Shown one piece after another: positions 13,120 to 26,824 of a DNA stretch of 64,000 nt. The notes under the pieces were generated by a model, which saw nothing but the letters and a program-made list of their open reading frames with translations, was not told the origin of the DNA and made no database searches. Made by a program: the position numbers and the translations under genes. Positions within the stretch are counted from its first letter, which is position 1, and each line of letters begins with the position of its first letter. Origin of the DNA: the human T2T-CHM13v2.0 reference genome, Homo sapiens; assembly GCF_009914755.1 (NCBI RefSeq), contig NC_060931.1, one strand, 5' to 3'.

Positions 13120-13415
13120 GACCTGACATGATGGCTCATGCCTATAATCCCAGCACTTTAGGAGGCTGATGTGGGAGGATCACTTGAGGCCAGGAGATGG
13201 AGACCAGCCTGGGAAATATAGCAAGACCTCAATTCTAAAAAACAAAATTAGCTGGGTGTAGTGGCATGTGCCTCAAGTCCCAGATACTTAGGAGCTAAGG
13301 CAGGAGGATCACCTGAGTCCAGGAGTTCAAGGCTGCAGTGAGCTATACTTGTGCCACTGCACCTCACCTTGAGTGACAGAAAAAGACGCTGTCTCTATTT
13401 AAAAAAAAAAAAAAA
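13120..13415 (+). mobile_element. AluJ
   Basis: GGAGGATCACTTGAGGCCAGGAG, GGCTGCAGTGAGCTAT; A tail. Confidence 0.92.
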
Positions 13416-14304
13416 CTGTTGTTTATTTTTAAAAATTGCTTTTATTAATACTTATATAGTCATTTCCTTTTATTATCTTTACAGTTATTTCCTTTTATCT
13501 ATATACAAATTAAAATTTTTCATATATGTTGTCAGTTTCTACAAGAAATAAAAGCCTGCTGGATTTTGACTGGGATTGCCTTGAATCTATTGGTCAATTT
13601 GGGAAAAACTGACATTTTAACACTAGTGTGCCTTCCAATCAATAAAGAATGCTGTATTTTTTTGTTTGTTAAATATGTTTTAATTTCTCATATCAATAAT
13701 TTTTATTTTGAGGAATACAAATTTTACACATTTTTTAGATTTATCCCCAAGTAGTTAGTGTTTTTTGATGTTATTACAATTGTTATTTTTTGAATTTTTA
13801 ATTTAGATTGTTTATAAATTTCAATTATTTATTTATAGAAACGCATTTGATTTTTGTATAGTACAGCCTTCCTTAACTCACTTTTTACTTTTAGTAGCTT
13901 CTTTGTAGTTTTGTTTTGTTTTGTTTTGTTTTTGATAATCCATGTAGATGAGCATGTTATCTGAAATTAAAGACACTTTATTATTCTTCAATTTGTATGC
14001 CTTTTATTTGTTTTTCTTAGTTATTGCACTGGCAAGGACCTCTAATGTTGAATACATATGGTGGCAGTGTACATTTTTGCCTTGCTCACAACCTTAGGGG
14101 AAAAGCACACAGTGTTCCACCATTAAATGCGATGCTAGCTGTAAATTTTGTATAGATGTCATTTTCATGTTAAGGAAGTTCTCTTCTCTTCCTAGTTTTC
14201 TTACAGTTTTTATGATGAATGGATGTTGAATTTTGTTAAATACTTCCTCTGCATCTATTGACATGATCATGTGTTTTATTTTCTTTACTCTGAACAACAT
14301 TCAT

Positions 14305-14804
14305 TATATAATATCAACCCTCTGATTTTCCTTTGGAGAATCACCCCTTTAGCTCCATGTGGTCCTAGTGAGATTGCCCACCTTAGCAACCACTGGGTCC
14401 CTGTGCTCACCATCTCACCACAGGTGTGAGCAAATGACCAAACTGAGACAATCAGAGTCTTTCCTGAGATGGGACTTATGGATTCTGGGAAACAAAAGTT
14501 CTTCCTCTGGGATTGAGAGCTGCAAAGACCACACAAGCTAGAGATGCTTTCAGTCACTTTGAATACCTTTGAAAAGTGGAAGAAACTGCAAATTGGTGTC
14601 AATGCACAGAGCTAAGTGATGGAGAGATGGCAAGAGAAAGATAAAAATCTAGCAATGTTTTATGAGCCCCTAGACTGTGATATGACCGTAGACAACTCAG
14701 CCTCCAGGTTTCCCACATCTGTGAGCCAACAAAATTCCTCTTTGCCTACACTAATTTGCATTACCTTTCTGGCACTTGCAACCAGAGGAACCCTGATTGA
14801 AACA
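14305..14804 (+). mobile_element. Old ERVL-MaLR LTR (MLT1K-like)
   Basis: GATTTTCCTTTGGAGAATCACCCC start; GTGAGCCAACAAAATTCC...CACTTGCAACCAGAGGAACCCTGATTGAAACA end. Confidence 0.7.
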
Positions 14805-15197
14805 CTTTTCACTGTGTGAGTAACATGTCCACTAAATCAGGCCCAAACAAGAGAGAATCATTTACTTCAATTAGTTGGCATTACATAAAACTAATAAAAC
14901 CTATTTTTAAAAATAATTCTATTAGTAAGATTTTTAATTTATATTAAGGAAGTTTTACTAAAAAGAGTTGTTTTATTATGTCTTACATTTTTATTCTAGG
15001 TAGTCATAAGTAGAAGTTAAAGTAAAAAGGCTAAATCTTTTAAATAAATACAATAGTAAATATGCAAAATAAAGTGAATTAGATTTGCTGTCCATTTATC
15101 TATGAAAAAAGTAAAATATTATGTATGATATCTGTACACATACATCTATAGATAGATACTATGTACTATAGTATATGAACTGAGAGAGAGCATATGA

Positions 15198-15441
15198 AAT
15201 TACTGAGGTTCTGCTATATGCCAGATCCTGTTCCAGTGCATTGTGAATGTTATTTTATTTGGTCCTCACAACAACGCCTCTTCAGGGTAAGCATTCTTGT
15301 CCTGCATGACACATGTGAAAAAAAGAGAGACAAAAAGTTTATATAATTTGCCCAAGGTCACATAGCTGCTACATGACAGAGCCCAATTTCAATCCAAGCT
15401 TACTAGTTCCAACAAACCATGAGTTCTTTCCATTACACCAC
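15198..15441 (-). mobile_element. MIR
   Basis: TCCTCACAACAAC...TAATTTGCCCAAGGTCACATAGCT...CATTACACCAC. Confidence 0.85.
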
Positions 15442-15845
15442 TCTGGCTACTTCAGAAACAATTGCCATTTTCACCTTCCCAGTGTCAGGAAGGAATCTGA
15501 GTGCTATTACATAAGCACACATGTCTGCTCCACATACACTTGTGTGGAGCAAGGATCTCTAAAACTGTGCTCAGATTCACAAAGTGAAAGTGCAAAACCC
15601 CGTGTTAGCTCATCGCTGGGCTCAACTGCTTAGAAGGCCAACCTCTGCAGGGGAGGCCACAGGGGGAGGGATCCCAGCTAGGAGACCATCATGCCTCACC
15701 CAAAGGCACCTTTCTGCCCCTCAGTGACTTGCAGACTTGCTATAACATAGATGGATCCCCGGGATAGAGCAACCATACTATTGGCTTTGAAAATAAAGAC
15801 TCAAATATAACTATATTATTTAGAAATATAGAGGTAAAAATGTAA

Positions 15846-15881
<36 letters not shown>
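15846..15881. repeat. (TA)n microsatellite
   Basis: Direct observation. Confidence 0.95.
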
Positions 15882-15884
<3 letters not shown>

Positions 15885-16012
15885 AGGCATGGTGGTTCAT
15901 ATCTGTAATCTCGGCCTGTAGTCCCAGCTATTGAGGAGGCTGAGGTGGGAAAATCACTTGAGCCCAGGAGGTCGAGGCTGCAGAGAGTCATGATGGCACC
16001 ACTGCACTCCAG
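15881..16012 (+). mobile_element. Internally deleted AluJ-type element
   Basis: GCCAGGCATGGTGGTTCATATCTGTAATCTC joined to GCCTGTAGTCCCAGCTA..., ending at CACTCCAG without a tail. Confidence 0.8.
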
Positions 16013-16019
16013 AAAGCAA

Positions 16020-16140
16020 GCAAGCAAGACTGGTGGTGCATAGTGGTTGAAGCTGGGTGATGGAACGTGGGATTTCTCAAACTATTCTCTCAACTTTTGT
16101 ATATATTCTAAATTGCCCTTAATAAAAGAAAAAGAAAAAA
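16020..16140 (+). mobile_element. L1ME/L1MC 3'-end fragment
   Basis: GTTGAAGCTGGGTGATGG...ACTATTCTCTCAACTTTTGTATAT...AATAAAAG. Confidence 0.7.
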
Positions 16141-16369
16141 AGAAATATGGACATAAGAAGCACAGCTTTTAAAAATGGAAAGGGTTTGGCTTTTGGGGGA
16201 GGGGACGGTGGGGGTAGAGGGCAAGGCTCAAGTATGGAGAGGTGAGACAAGGGACCATGGTTTTCCTTACATGCCCTGTAGTATCACTGACTTTTTCTAT
16301 TATATGAACATATCACTTGAAAAAAATTAAACATTAAAAGAAACAAAAAATAATGGAGCAACTTATCGG

Positions 16370-16530
16370 CCAGCCTGTCCCTGCTCCATGGCAGACATCA
16401 CTAATTAGCCTCAGCCTGATTTCCAGCTGAGCCCAGAAGAGCCTCTGGAATCATTCTCAGTGCAGCCTGCTAGAGATGAAGCCCATCCCAAGATGAAGAG
16501 ATCTTCCATAGCATGTGTTTATCCCACACT
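16370..16530. mobile_element. MER102-like hAT-Charlie fragment
   Basis: CATGGCAGACATCACTAAT...GCTGAGCCCAGA...GAATCATTCTCA. Confidence 0.5.
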
Positions 16531-17229
16531 TTGCCTGTAATGGTTCTCACAGTTCAGACAGGATCCGATCTGCCCAAAATACTTGTCCTCTGGACTCCAG
16601 GACAACCTGGGTACTCTAGCAGAGAGGGAGGGTAGGGCTCCCAGAGCCTCCCACAGGCCCTCAGAATTAGGTTGTCACCCCTGCCTTGCCCTCACCAGCC
16701 TCAGCAGATGCTTCCATTTCTGTTGGAGCCCATGCTGAGCCAGAACTTCCAGCCCTCCTTCCGTGGCTTCAATAACATTTTCCTAGGATGTGCTTTACAG
16801 CAGATCTCAGACAGTGATGAGTGCTAACAGATCCCAGTCCTGTGCAAAAGGAAAGTGTTAGAATTATATTTGGGTGGACTTCTGATGTGTGAGGGGCTTT
16901 TCCACATTTGGACAGAAGTGAAGTGCCAGTCACGTCTTTCCTGGATGGGCTGGTTTATAATTCTCCTGGGAGGCTTAACTGCGTCAGCATAAACTAAGGG
17001 AAGGAGCAGGGTCTAGTACAGCTGAGAACTGGTCCCCATTCCTTTTGTGGGAAAACTTCAATGTTCCATAGGCCTTGGACCTGTCAACCCAGACAGCTTA
17101 TATTCCCAGCCTTTTCCCAGGGCTAGGTTCCTCAGCCAATCCCATTCTCAGTCTTCAACACTAACCTCAAAGGTGGGGACATGCTTCAATTCTTTCACTT
17201 GAGAGACTGGGAAGCAAGGGGGAGGAAGT

Positions 17230-17440
17230 AACATATATTGATTATCTCTTTGACCAGACGTAGCTCTAGGAGCTTCCTATTTATTTCATCCTACCCATAA
17301 ATCCTGTGAATCCAATTTTACAAATGAAAACAGTGAGGCTTAAAGAGGTTGTAGTTTTGCCCATGGTCAGATAACCAGAAAGTGCCAGAGTAGGATTTAA
17401 TTTTAGGTCTTCTGAATTCAAAAACCCTTGTTCTTCCCCA
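17230..17440 (-). mobile_element. MIR
   Basis: TTTTACAAATGAAAACAGTGAGGCTTAAAGAGGTT...AGGTCTTCTGAATTCAAAA. Confidence 0.8.
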
Positions 17441-18086
17441 GCCTGATGCTCCAAAGAAGTCTGTGCACACTTGTTGGTCCGTCACAAATACCAAGCCCAC
17501 AGCACTGGACAATTTGGAGCCAGCATATACGCCCATCTAGAAAGTGTTCACCATGAAGAAAGGGACTTATGGCGATGCTTGAACCCACGCTTCAGACAGA
17601 GTCAGGCTCCACTTCCAAAATCAGAATTTGCTGAGGAAACAGCTCTCTACAGGTAGAAGGTACTTCCTAGGTAACTCCCAGCATCTGCCTTCTGTCCAGT
17701 CACATTTCCATTTCTCGCTGTCTTCACATAGACCACGGACAGGGCCTTCATGTTTTCTCTGTAGCCTGGGAGAGTGAGCATTTTTGTGGTCTGACTTAAA
17801 GAAGGAGAAATAGCAGACTAAATAAATCAAAAATCCTACCCAAATTACCATTGCAATCCTACAATTACAGTTATGTAATTGACAGAGATTGATTTGTCAT
17901 TCATACATGGCACTGAATCTTCAACACAGGCCTCTGACTCATCTTGGAGATGTCCAGTCCATTGAGGCCCAAGTCCTAGGGTTGACATTCATACTCAGCA
18001 TGAGTTCTGATTATGACTCCAGGAAGTGCCATGCACATATTCCGTAAAGTCAGGCAAGCCTCTGCAGCTGGACAGAGTAGCACCAA

Positions 18087-21000
18087 CCTTAATACACCTC
18101 TCTCAGTACTGATAGAACATGCAGATAAAAGATCAGCAAAAAATAAAGATGGTTGGAACAACATGATTAGTCAACTTGACCTAACTGGCATATTTAGAAC
18201 AGCCCACCCAACATCTGGAGAACCCACATGCTTTCCCAGTGATTATAAAACAGTTACCAAAATAAACCATAAACTTGTCCATAAAATAAGTCTCAACAAA
18301 TTTCAAACAATTTAAATTAAAATACCTTCTTTGATCATAGTAGCATTGAATGAGAAATCAATATAAGAAAGATAGATAAGAAATAACCAAACATTTAGAC
18401 ATTAAGCAACACACATTTAAATATCCCACAGGTCATTGAAGGAATAGAAATAGAAATTAGAAAATATTCTGAACCAAGTGAAAATGCAACATATCAAGGC
18501 TTGTGGAATGCTGCTAAAGCAGTGCCTACAGGAATATTCCTAGAACTAAATGCAGGTATTAAAAATATTTTTTAAATTAGGTAAATACATATATTGTTAA
18601 AGTTTTTAAAGGCTGAAGATTAATACATTGCTGTCTCAAAAAGCTTATGGAAAAAGTAGCAAATTAAGCACAAGTAAAAATGTTAAAATAGCTATGATAA
18701 AGTTAAGCCCAGACACTAATGAAATATAAAATAAATACGCAATGGAGAAAAATCAACAAACACAAATGTTTGGTAGTTTGAAAAAATTAGCAAGGTTTAC
18801 AAATTCCCAGCAAGGTAAATTTAGAAAAAGAGAAAACACAGGTAACTAAGTCCAAAGATGAAAAACAGGACCTCACTACACATCTTACAGACACTGAAAA
18901 CATATTAAGAGGATGTTATAAAGAACTTTACAACAATAAATTTGAAATTTTAAATGAAATGAATGAATTCTGGAAGAAAACTATTTACAATTGACTCAGA
19001 AAGAGATAGAATATGTGAATACTCTTAAAGCTGTTCAAGAAATTGGAATCATAATTTAAAGACATCCACAAAGAAAGCCGTGTACCCATATGGTTTCATT
19101 TGTGAATTTTTGTGCAAATCTTCCCAAAGAATAGAGAAAGAAGAAACCCTTCCTAGTTTTTTTTCTGAGGAGCATAACATTGATATCAGAATCTGATATA
19201 AGAAAGGAAGATTATAGATGCAAAAATCCTAAGCAAGATATTAATGCATTGAATCCAATAATACAGCCAAAAATTAATACATTATGACCAAATGGGATTT
19301 ATTCCAGGAATGCAAAGTTGGCTTAACATACTAAATAAATTAAAGTAATTCACCACATAACATAATAAAGGAGAAAATCTGTTCATTCATCTTAATAGAC
19401 ACAGACAACACATTTGATAAAATTCAACAACTGTTCATGACTTAAAAAAACTTTTAGCAAATTAAGAATAGCAAAGAAACCTTTAATTCGATAAAAGATG
19501 CCGATAAAACTCATCTAACACTCTCCCCTGAGACTGAGAACAATACAAGAAAATACTCCTGAATCTCTTCTATTCAATATTATAGCAGAGCTCTTACCCA
19601 GAAAATAAGCCAAGAAAAATAAATAAAAGTAAAAGATTTGAAAGAAAAAAGTAAAACATTATTCATAGAGGAGATAATTAAGTGCACATAGAGAATCCAA
19701 ATGAAACTATAGACTATTCAATTTATTAAGGTAACTTAAGATTGTTGGATACAAAAAGTAATTGCATAATTACTGAAAATAATTACAAAATGAAATTTTT
19801 AAAACACCAAATATAATAGTATCAAAAATCATAAAATACCTAGGAACAAGCCTAACAAAAATGTGCAAAATCTATATACCAGAAACTACAAAGCATTGCT
19901 GAGGGAAATTTTGAAAGACTTAAATAAATTAAGGAATAAGTCATTTTCATGCATTAGAAGACTCAACATTGTTAGGGTATAAATTCTCCCTAAATTAACT
20001 TAAAAATTCAATGTCATCCTAATAAAAATTCCACCAGGATTTTTGTGGAACCTGACAAGCTGATTCTAAGATGCATATGAAAATGCAAAGGACCTGGTCA
20101 TGGCAATCTTAAAAGTCACATCTGGAGGATTTACACAATCAGATAACAAGATGTAAGATTCTACAGTAGTAAAGATAGTGATGGAGGCACAGACAGAGAT
20201 AAATGGACCAATGGGACAAAATACAGAACCCAAAAATAGACCCACATATAGTCATCATCTGATTTACAATAAAAACACACTGTAATTCAGTGGGGAGCTT
20301 TTAAAATAAATGGTTCTGGGTCAAATGGATCTTCACCTAGAAAAAAAATAAACTTTGAGCCTCTACCTCACATTATAGGAGAAAATTAATTTAAGGTACC
20401 ACATAGACTCAAATGTGAAAGTTAAAACAATCAAGCTTCTGGAAGAAAGCTTAAGAGAATTTATCAGAAACTTGGTGTGGGCAAAAACTCCTTAAACACA
20501 AAAAACACAAACTATGAAAGTTTGAAAAACTAGACTTCCTTAATATTAAGAACTTCTGTTCATCATAACACAAGATGAAGATAATTAACAATCAGCTGTA
20601 GATTGGGAGAAGATATTTGTGATTAATGTATCTGTCAAAAAAACTAGCATCTAGAATATATAAAGAACTCCTACAAATCAATAAGGAGAATGACAACCAA
20701 TTTTTTAATGGGCTTAAACCTTAAGCAGTCACTTAAGGTTTATATGCTTACTGGTCATCCAAATGGCCTTCAAAATTCATATATTGAAGCCCCAGCTCCC
20801 AATGTGATGGTACTTGGAGATGACGCTTTGCTTGGGAAATTAGATAAGAAATTAGGGTTAAATGACGTCATAATGGCAGGGTCTTAATCTGGTAGGACTG
20901 GCATCCTTATAAGAGGAGGAGATACCAGAGGGCTCTTTCTCATACTCATGCACAGAGAAAGGGCCAGGAGACGATATAAAGAGAAGGCAGCTATCATAAG

Positions 21001-21850
21001 CCAGAAAGAGAGCCCTCACCAGAAACCAAATTTTCTAGCACCTTAATCTTGGATTTCAATCCTCCCGGACTGTCAGAAAATAAATTTCTGTTGTTTAAGC
21101 TGCCCAGGCTATGGTATTGTGTTATGGCAGATTGAGTAGACTAATACAATCATCAAAAGAGCTAACATTAAAAGGACTTACAGTGCCAAATGTTGATGAG
21201 CTTATGGACCAAATGGAACTTTCATGCACTTTTGGTGGGACTGTAAATCAGAACAATCACTTTGGAAACTGCTTACTGGTATCTACTACAGCTAAACACA
21301 TACCTACTTTATGATCCAGAAATTCCATTCCCGGGTATATTAATGAAGAGAAAAGAGTACATGCGTGTACTCAAAGATATGTACAAGAAAATTCTTAGCA
21401 CCTTAATGTATAATCACCCCAAACAAGAAACAACCCAAATTTCTATCAGAAACAAAATAGTTAAATACTTTGTTGTATATTCGTGCAGTGGACTATTACA
21501 CAGCAATAAAAATAAAGTATCCTGCTATACTCAATAGTGTGGATGATTCTCACCAACATACTGTAGAGTTAAAAAAAAGTCAAACCTAAAATAATGCATA
21601 GCCTACAGTTCCATTTATATGAGGCCTAAGAACAGGCCAAAGTAATCTACGGTGTTAGAGTTTAGAATAGTGGTTGCCTTTGGTGGGGATATTCATACAG
21701 AGAGGGCATAGCGGAACTTTCTAGAATGCTGGAAATACTGTAACTCTTGATGTGAGTAGTGGTTTCATGGATATCTACATAGATGAAAATTCATTCAGTG
21801 AGCTACACACTTAAGATTTGTAAACTTTACTGTACATGAGTTATAAAAAG
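18087..21850 (+). mobile_element. Old L1 (L1ME-type) from late endonuclease/ORF2 to the 3' UTR, degraded
   Basis: Translation NTPLSVL...ISQLDLTGIFRTAHPT...KINHKLVHKISLNKF resembles L1 ORF2 endonuclease; ATGGGATTTATTCCAGGAATGCAA; L1ME-like 3' UTR. Confidence 0.92.
20740..21148 (+). mobile_element. MLT1A-like LTR inserted in L1
   Basis: CAAAATTCATATATTGAAGCCC...AGAGAGCCCTCACCAGAAACC...AATAAATTTCTGTTGTTTAAGC...GACTAATACA. Confidence 0.88.
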
Positions 21851-23459
21851 TCAAAAGAATATCTTGACTATTGAGAATCAAAAAGATTAGTTTTCTTTCA
21901 TAAATTCGTGTCCATTTTGGCTTGGACCACATTGCACAGAGTCCAGTGAACACTGGGAAATACACTGTTTATCAAGATTTTTGTGGACTGCCTCATGCAA
22001 AAAAATTAATATGTCAAATGGAATCTTTCTTCCTGGAAATTTATAACTTGTTTGTGAACACTGATTATATTCATTTCCAGCTTTCCACTTGACTTTCTGT
22101 TGTGAAGTCTGTCATAGCTTCTGTTTCACTTTGTTAGAGGAGACCAGTCATATGGTTTTGTGAATCTAAAGTAGAAGAAATTCCCTTAGAGCAATGAAAA
22201 CATTCTTAAAACAACTGCTGGGTTCTGCTACAGTGGCTTCAACCTCTCTGGAAATTTTCTTTGTTATTTTTGTTATTTGTTCATTCTGAAGTCTGTAAAA
22301 GATAGTTGTCTCCAAATAGCAACTTTTACTCCAAAGAAAGAGTAGGTAGGTATGGTTGTGTATGTGTCTTGTGAGTACCTGCATATAAAGTCACAAAGTT
22401 CTAGATAGAATTATATATTTCCTCCTAAAAAGATATTGGAAGGTATCTTTTGCCTCTCTTAGGAACATGGTAAATGTAACAGGAATATAGCCACATCAGT
22501 TTTGTTAAAAAGAAACAGATCTTCTATGAAAATAGAGATTTTATATACAACTTGACATTTGAAGACAGATACTTTACCAATGAGATGGTAAAAAACAGTC
22601 AGGACTGTTTGATTATGGCTGTAAAATTCCCAACTAAAAACAGTTAAATCAAAATAAAGGGGGTGATCAGGAAGGTACTGGGTGGTTCATGGAGTCGAAG
22701 GAGAGCTTCAGAGCTCAGAGGTGACACTTTCTGTTCATCTCATCGCTCTGCGGGCTGTTGGTGCCACGCTGTCTACTGCCAAAGGGCTTTCTACACTTCA
22801 GGGAGCATGGCTGGAGACAACTCTGACTTGCACAACTCAGACTTTCCAATCTGAATAGAAAGATATCCTCACCACCAGAACCACCTCGAACACCTGGGAA
22901 GGCCCCTGATTCTCCTGGCCGGTGCTGTGTGCCCACTCAGTCATTATGGATCATGGAGCAAGAACGGGGCAGACAAAAGCAGTAACCATCCCTGACAGAT
23001 AAATACACCTCAAAAAGCCTGCACACCCTAATTCAGCTTAAACGTCCCATTTACTCGCTTCTCCAGACAGTCCAGACCATGTCGTCTTCTTCAATTTCTA
23101 GAAGGTGTCAGTTTTCCATTCTTCATTCCCTACCTCTGAGACAGCCCTTCCCACTGTCTGTCAGCACTCTCAGCCTTGCTCTCTACAACACGTAGACAAG
23201 AAGGCTTGGAACAATTGAAAAGACTGACAGGAGAAAAGACTTTGTAAAACATTTTGAATTTTGAAACCAAGTAGTTTGAGATGTTTCAGGGTTTTTTTAA
23301 GCCTGATTCATCTTAACATTCATAAATAGTATTGATCAGATCTGTATGCACACATACTTAACACACACGTGTGCTTTCCACTCCCACGAGGCAGAATAAT
23401 CACTGGTGATCTAGTGATTACACAACTTAGAGAATAAAGACCCATATAGAATATCTAAA

Positions 23460-23655
23460 GAGAGCTGTCCAAATCTGATCCACTGCCTGTTTTTATTAAT
23501 AAGGTTTTATTGAAATGCAGCCATACCCACCCCTTTAAGTATTTTCTATGGCTGTTTTTGTGCTGGAAAGTTGACTAGTTGCAATAGAGACTGTCAGGTC
23601 TGCAAAGTCTGAAATATGTACTATCTGGCCCTTTACAGAAAGTTCCCACATCCTG
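23460..23655 (-). mobile_element. MER58A-like hAT MITE
   Basis: AATAAGGTTTTATTGAA...ACTATCTGGCCCTTTACAGAAAGTT; flanked by ATCTAAAG / ATCTAAAC. Confidence 0.85.
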
Positions 23656-24337
23656 ATCTAAACAAGTCCCCACAAAACCATTTTTCCCTTGAAACCATTT
23701 CAAGGATAAGTAGTGTTGTAAATCTGAATTATCCAGATAATTGCCATGTCGCTAATTTTCTTTGCCTGTACTTGCTGTTTAACCCAAACTACATGGACTT
23801 ATGTCTGTACAGGCCAAGACTTGCAGGAGACCAGTCAACTGTGCATTCAGTCAACAAAAGTAACCAGTATTACTCATATTATCCCTCAAGCAATTGGAAC
23901 AGTAATATGAAATATCTACACACTTGCCCCACACCTCCCCGTTCATTTCTCTTGGTCATAGAAACAGACGAGAAAGATGTAAGAAGGAGCGATGTGTATT
24001 CAGCTCAAAGTGAAGTGGAATTGTGACCATCACTGAATTCCACATAGATGATGATAATTGGGGAAACAGACAAGAAAATACATTTAAGAGTCTGAATTTT
24101 CTATTTTGCCTGTCAAAATAAGTGAATCACTGCTGAAATGCCATTTAACTTTACATTGTGTATAAACAGCAAGAAAAGGCAAAAATTACACTGACAAAAT
24201 GCTATATTCACATTTTTCAGTTTCCTCTTTCTTAGTGCATAAAAATTCTGTGAAGTCTGCACCTCTCAAAAATTTTCTGTGTAACACAATATTGACATAT
24301 TGAGGGAAACCAGAAGGAGCAAGCAAGAGACCCCAAT

Positions 24338-24365
<28 letters not shown>
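24338..24365. repeat. (CA)14 microsatellite
   Basis: Direct observation. Confidence 0.95.
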
Positions 24366-24369
<4 letters not shown>

Positions 24370-25917
24370 CTAACCAAAAAAAAAAAGAAAAGTAAAGAAA
24401 TCCAAGAGCAATAACCAACCCAAAAATGCCAAGAAGCAGGGTTATAAATTTAACACGAACAGCTCCCTCTTCCAACTCCCAGTCCGTTTATCAACTTTTA
24501 AAAACTAAATGACAAGTTAAGATTATTAGTCAAAATATATAAATAAATCACCTTACATATGTGATTTCCAAAGTCTGTGAATGATTTCACAGTGGTTAGT
24601 TGTAATAAGTGAATACACAGGCAACCTGGGTTTGGGAAAAAACTGGTCCAGGTAAGGCTGGAAGCCCGCCAACCTCCAGACAGCACAATTAGCACAGGAG
24701 GTAGACATGAAAGCTGGGCAGCACACAGGAGGCTTTACAACGGCATTGGGTGAGCTTTCTTTCACAAGGACATCCTAGCCATTGCTTGGTCTGCCATCCC
24801 CTACACGCAATTCTGCTGTTTATAGAAAGAACTTTTTTTAGATGCCTCCAAAAAGCAAGGATTAAGTCAACTCATCATAAATTCCTCCTGCTAGAAACCA
24901 ACTCATGGAAAAAACTTTCTGAAAATACAGTTTGTCAAATGCTTTAGGTTTTAATGAAATGCCAAGATGTGGGAGTCATAAATTATCTGCTGCAACAGGA
25001 GGCCTCACAGAGAGTGAGGAATGCCAGAGCTCTGTGTTCAAGATGAATTGCTGGAAACTTCTCTATCTTAAAAAATTGATCCTGATTTTTTACCTGTTTA
25101 GATTTACACAACATCTGATGTTAACAGCCCTTATGTGGCTGCCATGTGCCAAATGTAGACAAAAAAAACAAGAAGAAAACATTCTTTGAGCTGGCCCAGA
25201 GCCAGGTTTGTCACACAAGGGCCCCTGCCCTCCAGGTATCATTTGGTTGCTGCCGTTCATAGCATTAGTGGTGTTGAAATGAAGCCAGCTGTATTCTTTG
25301 CAAACCAATTTGTCCAATAGCATGGATTATTGTGTTAGGTAATCTGTCACTTCTCAAAAAAAAAAATCTTTAATGGCCTTTACATATTGCTCTCAGAGCA
25401 TTTGAAGGCCTTGTAGTGATACCATCCCATGCCTGATTTATTCACCTCAGAAGAAGCCACCCTATTTGGCACCGTCTCTGCTAAACAACTACAGCATTTT
25501 TAAGTGTAGAGCTATTCAAACCTGAATTTCCTAGATTATTTTATTTATGCAGTGCATGTAAACATTGAAAGCAAATTCACATCACCAAGGAAAATGATCC
25601 CCGTAACATGTCTAAAAATCATCTGTGACTCAGTGATATGATTAGTCCTGTGAAAGCGTTCAGGAAGGAAAGCTCTCTAAGCAATTTCCTCAGTTCTCAG
25701 ATTCACTTTGTGAGCCTAGACCTAGGAATGAGAAATTTTTAAGGAACATTTTCAGTGTGCGCTTGGAAGAAAATATGGGCTGTTTTCAAGAAACATTCAC
25801 TACTTGCAGAGCTGAGTCCTGCTCACATTTCTCTCAGACAGTTTCCCTAACTCATGACATGCACAATGATGTTACCCAAGGTTGAAGTTAAGAAACGGCA
25901 AGATTTCCTATATATTA

Positions 25918-26355
25918 TGCATTAGTCCATCTGAAATTGCCTTTCTACACAGGTAACAGAAAGCTGACTCTAATCAAAGAGTATTTATTTCTCAAACATA
26001 GCAAGAAATCCTGAGGTGGCTGGTGCAGGCAGGTGTAGCAATTCCTCAGCAGGAGCTGGGTCCCAGCCTCCTCCCTCTCTCATCTACTCCTCACGCTTCT
26101 TACCTCATGGTTACAAGATAGCGGTCCTCCTGTGGTACCCCATCCACACAAAAGGAAAAGGGGATAGGACATCAGCCTTCAAGAGAAAAGCAAAATTTTT
26201 CCCCAAAATCCCCAGCAAACCTCTACTCATGTCTCATTGGGAAAGCTGGGACATTCAGTGGTTTAGGTGCGGACGTTGCCACCCCAAACAGGATTAGGAT
26301 TCTGTCAGTATGGAAAGAATGGGTATTAGGAAGGTTTCTAGCAGGGTCCACCACA
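25918..26355 (-). mobile_element. Old ERVL/MaLR-type LTR
   Basis: GTAACAGAAAG...ATTTATTTCTC...CCTCATGGTTACAAGAT...CTCATGTCTCATTGG. Confidence 0.55.
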
Positions 26356-26753
26356 GTGCTTAAGAAGTCATATATTTCTATCCCGAGGAGAGAGCCACAC
26401 CCAGACTTCAGTGAAACAGGCTGTGTTCTCCAAAACCCTGGTAAGCACCAGAGGCATTCAGTCCCTAAGAGGGACAACTTCGACCTGACTTCCTAGCAGG
26501 TGAAATCTTGAGTTAAATGTAAAGTGGGCAATTATGGAATCAAAATGTGATTGCTACTAATGCTGGAAGTAAGTGGCTTTACCAGATCAACCATAAAACA
26601 TGAACCACATACACAGATATATATATTTTAAATCCTCTTCATAACACTCTTTACCTCTTTCCCACTGAAACTATCAGCTTGCATAATCCTATGGAAAAGG
26701 GCAACTTCCCATTCCAAGATATTGCAAAAAGTACTCTGTGCTGAAACAAAACG

Positions 26754-26824
26754 AAGGGAGGGAGGAGGGAGGAGTGGGGGGAGGGAGGAGTGGGGAGAGG
26801 GAGGAGAAGAGATAGGGAGGGAAG
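26754..26824 (+). repeat. GA-rich low-complexity tract
   Basis: GGGAGGGAGGAGGGAGGAGTGGGGGGAGGG... Confidence 0.9.

Noticed and set aside
18013-18315. 100-aa ORF with endonuclease-like sequence
   Set aside because: Fragment of degraded L1 ORF2; the rest of the element is full of stops and frameshifts.
22992-23134. Chain of minus-strand splice-like sites suggesting a 43-nt exon (23097-23055)
   Set aside because: The implied flanking introns would be only ~63 and ~36 nt, too short to be plausible.
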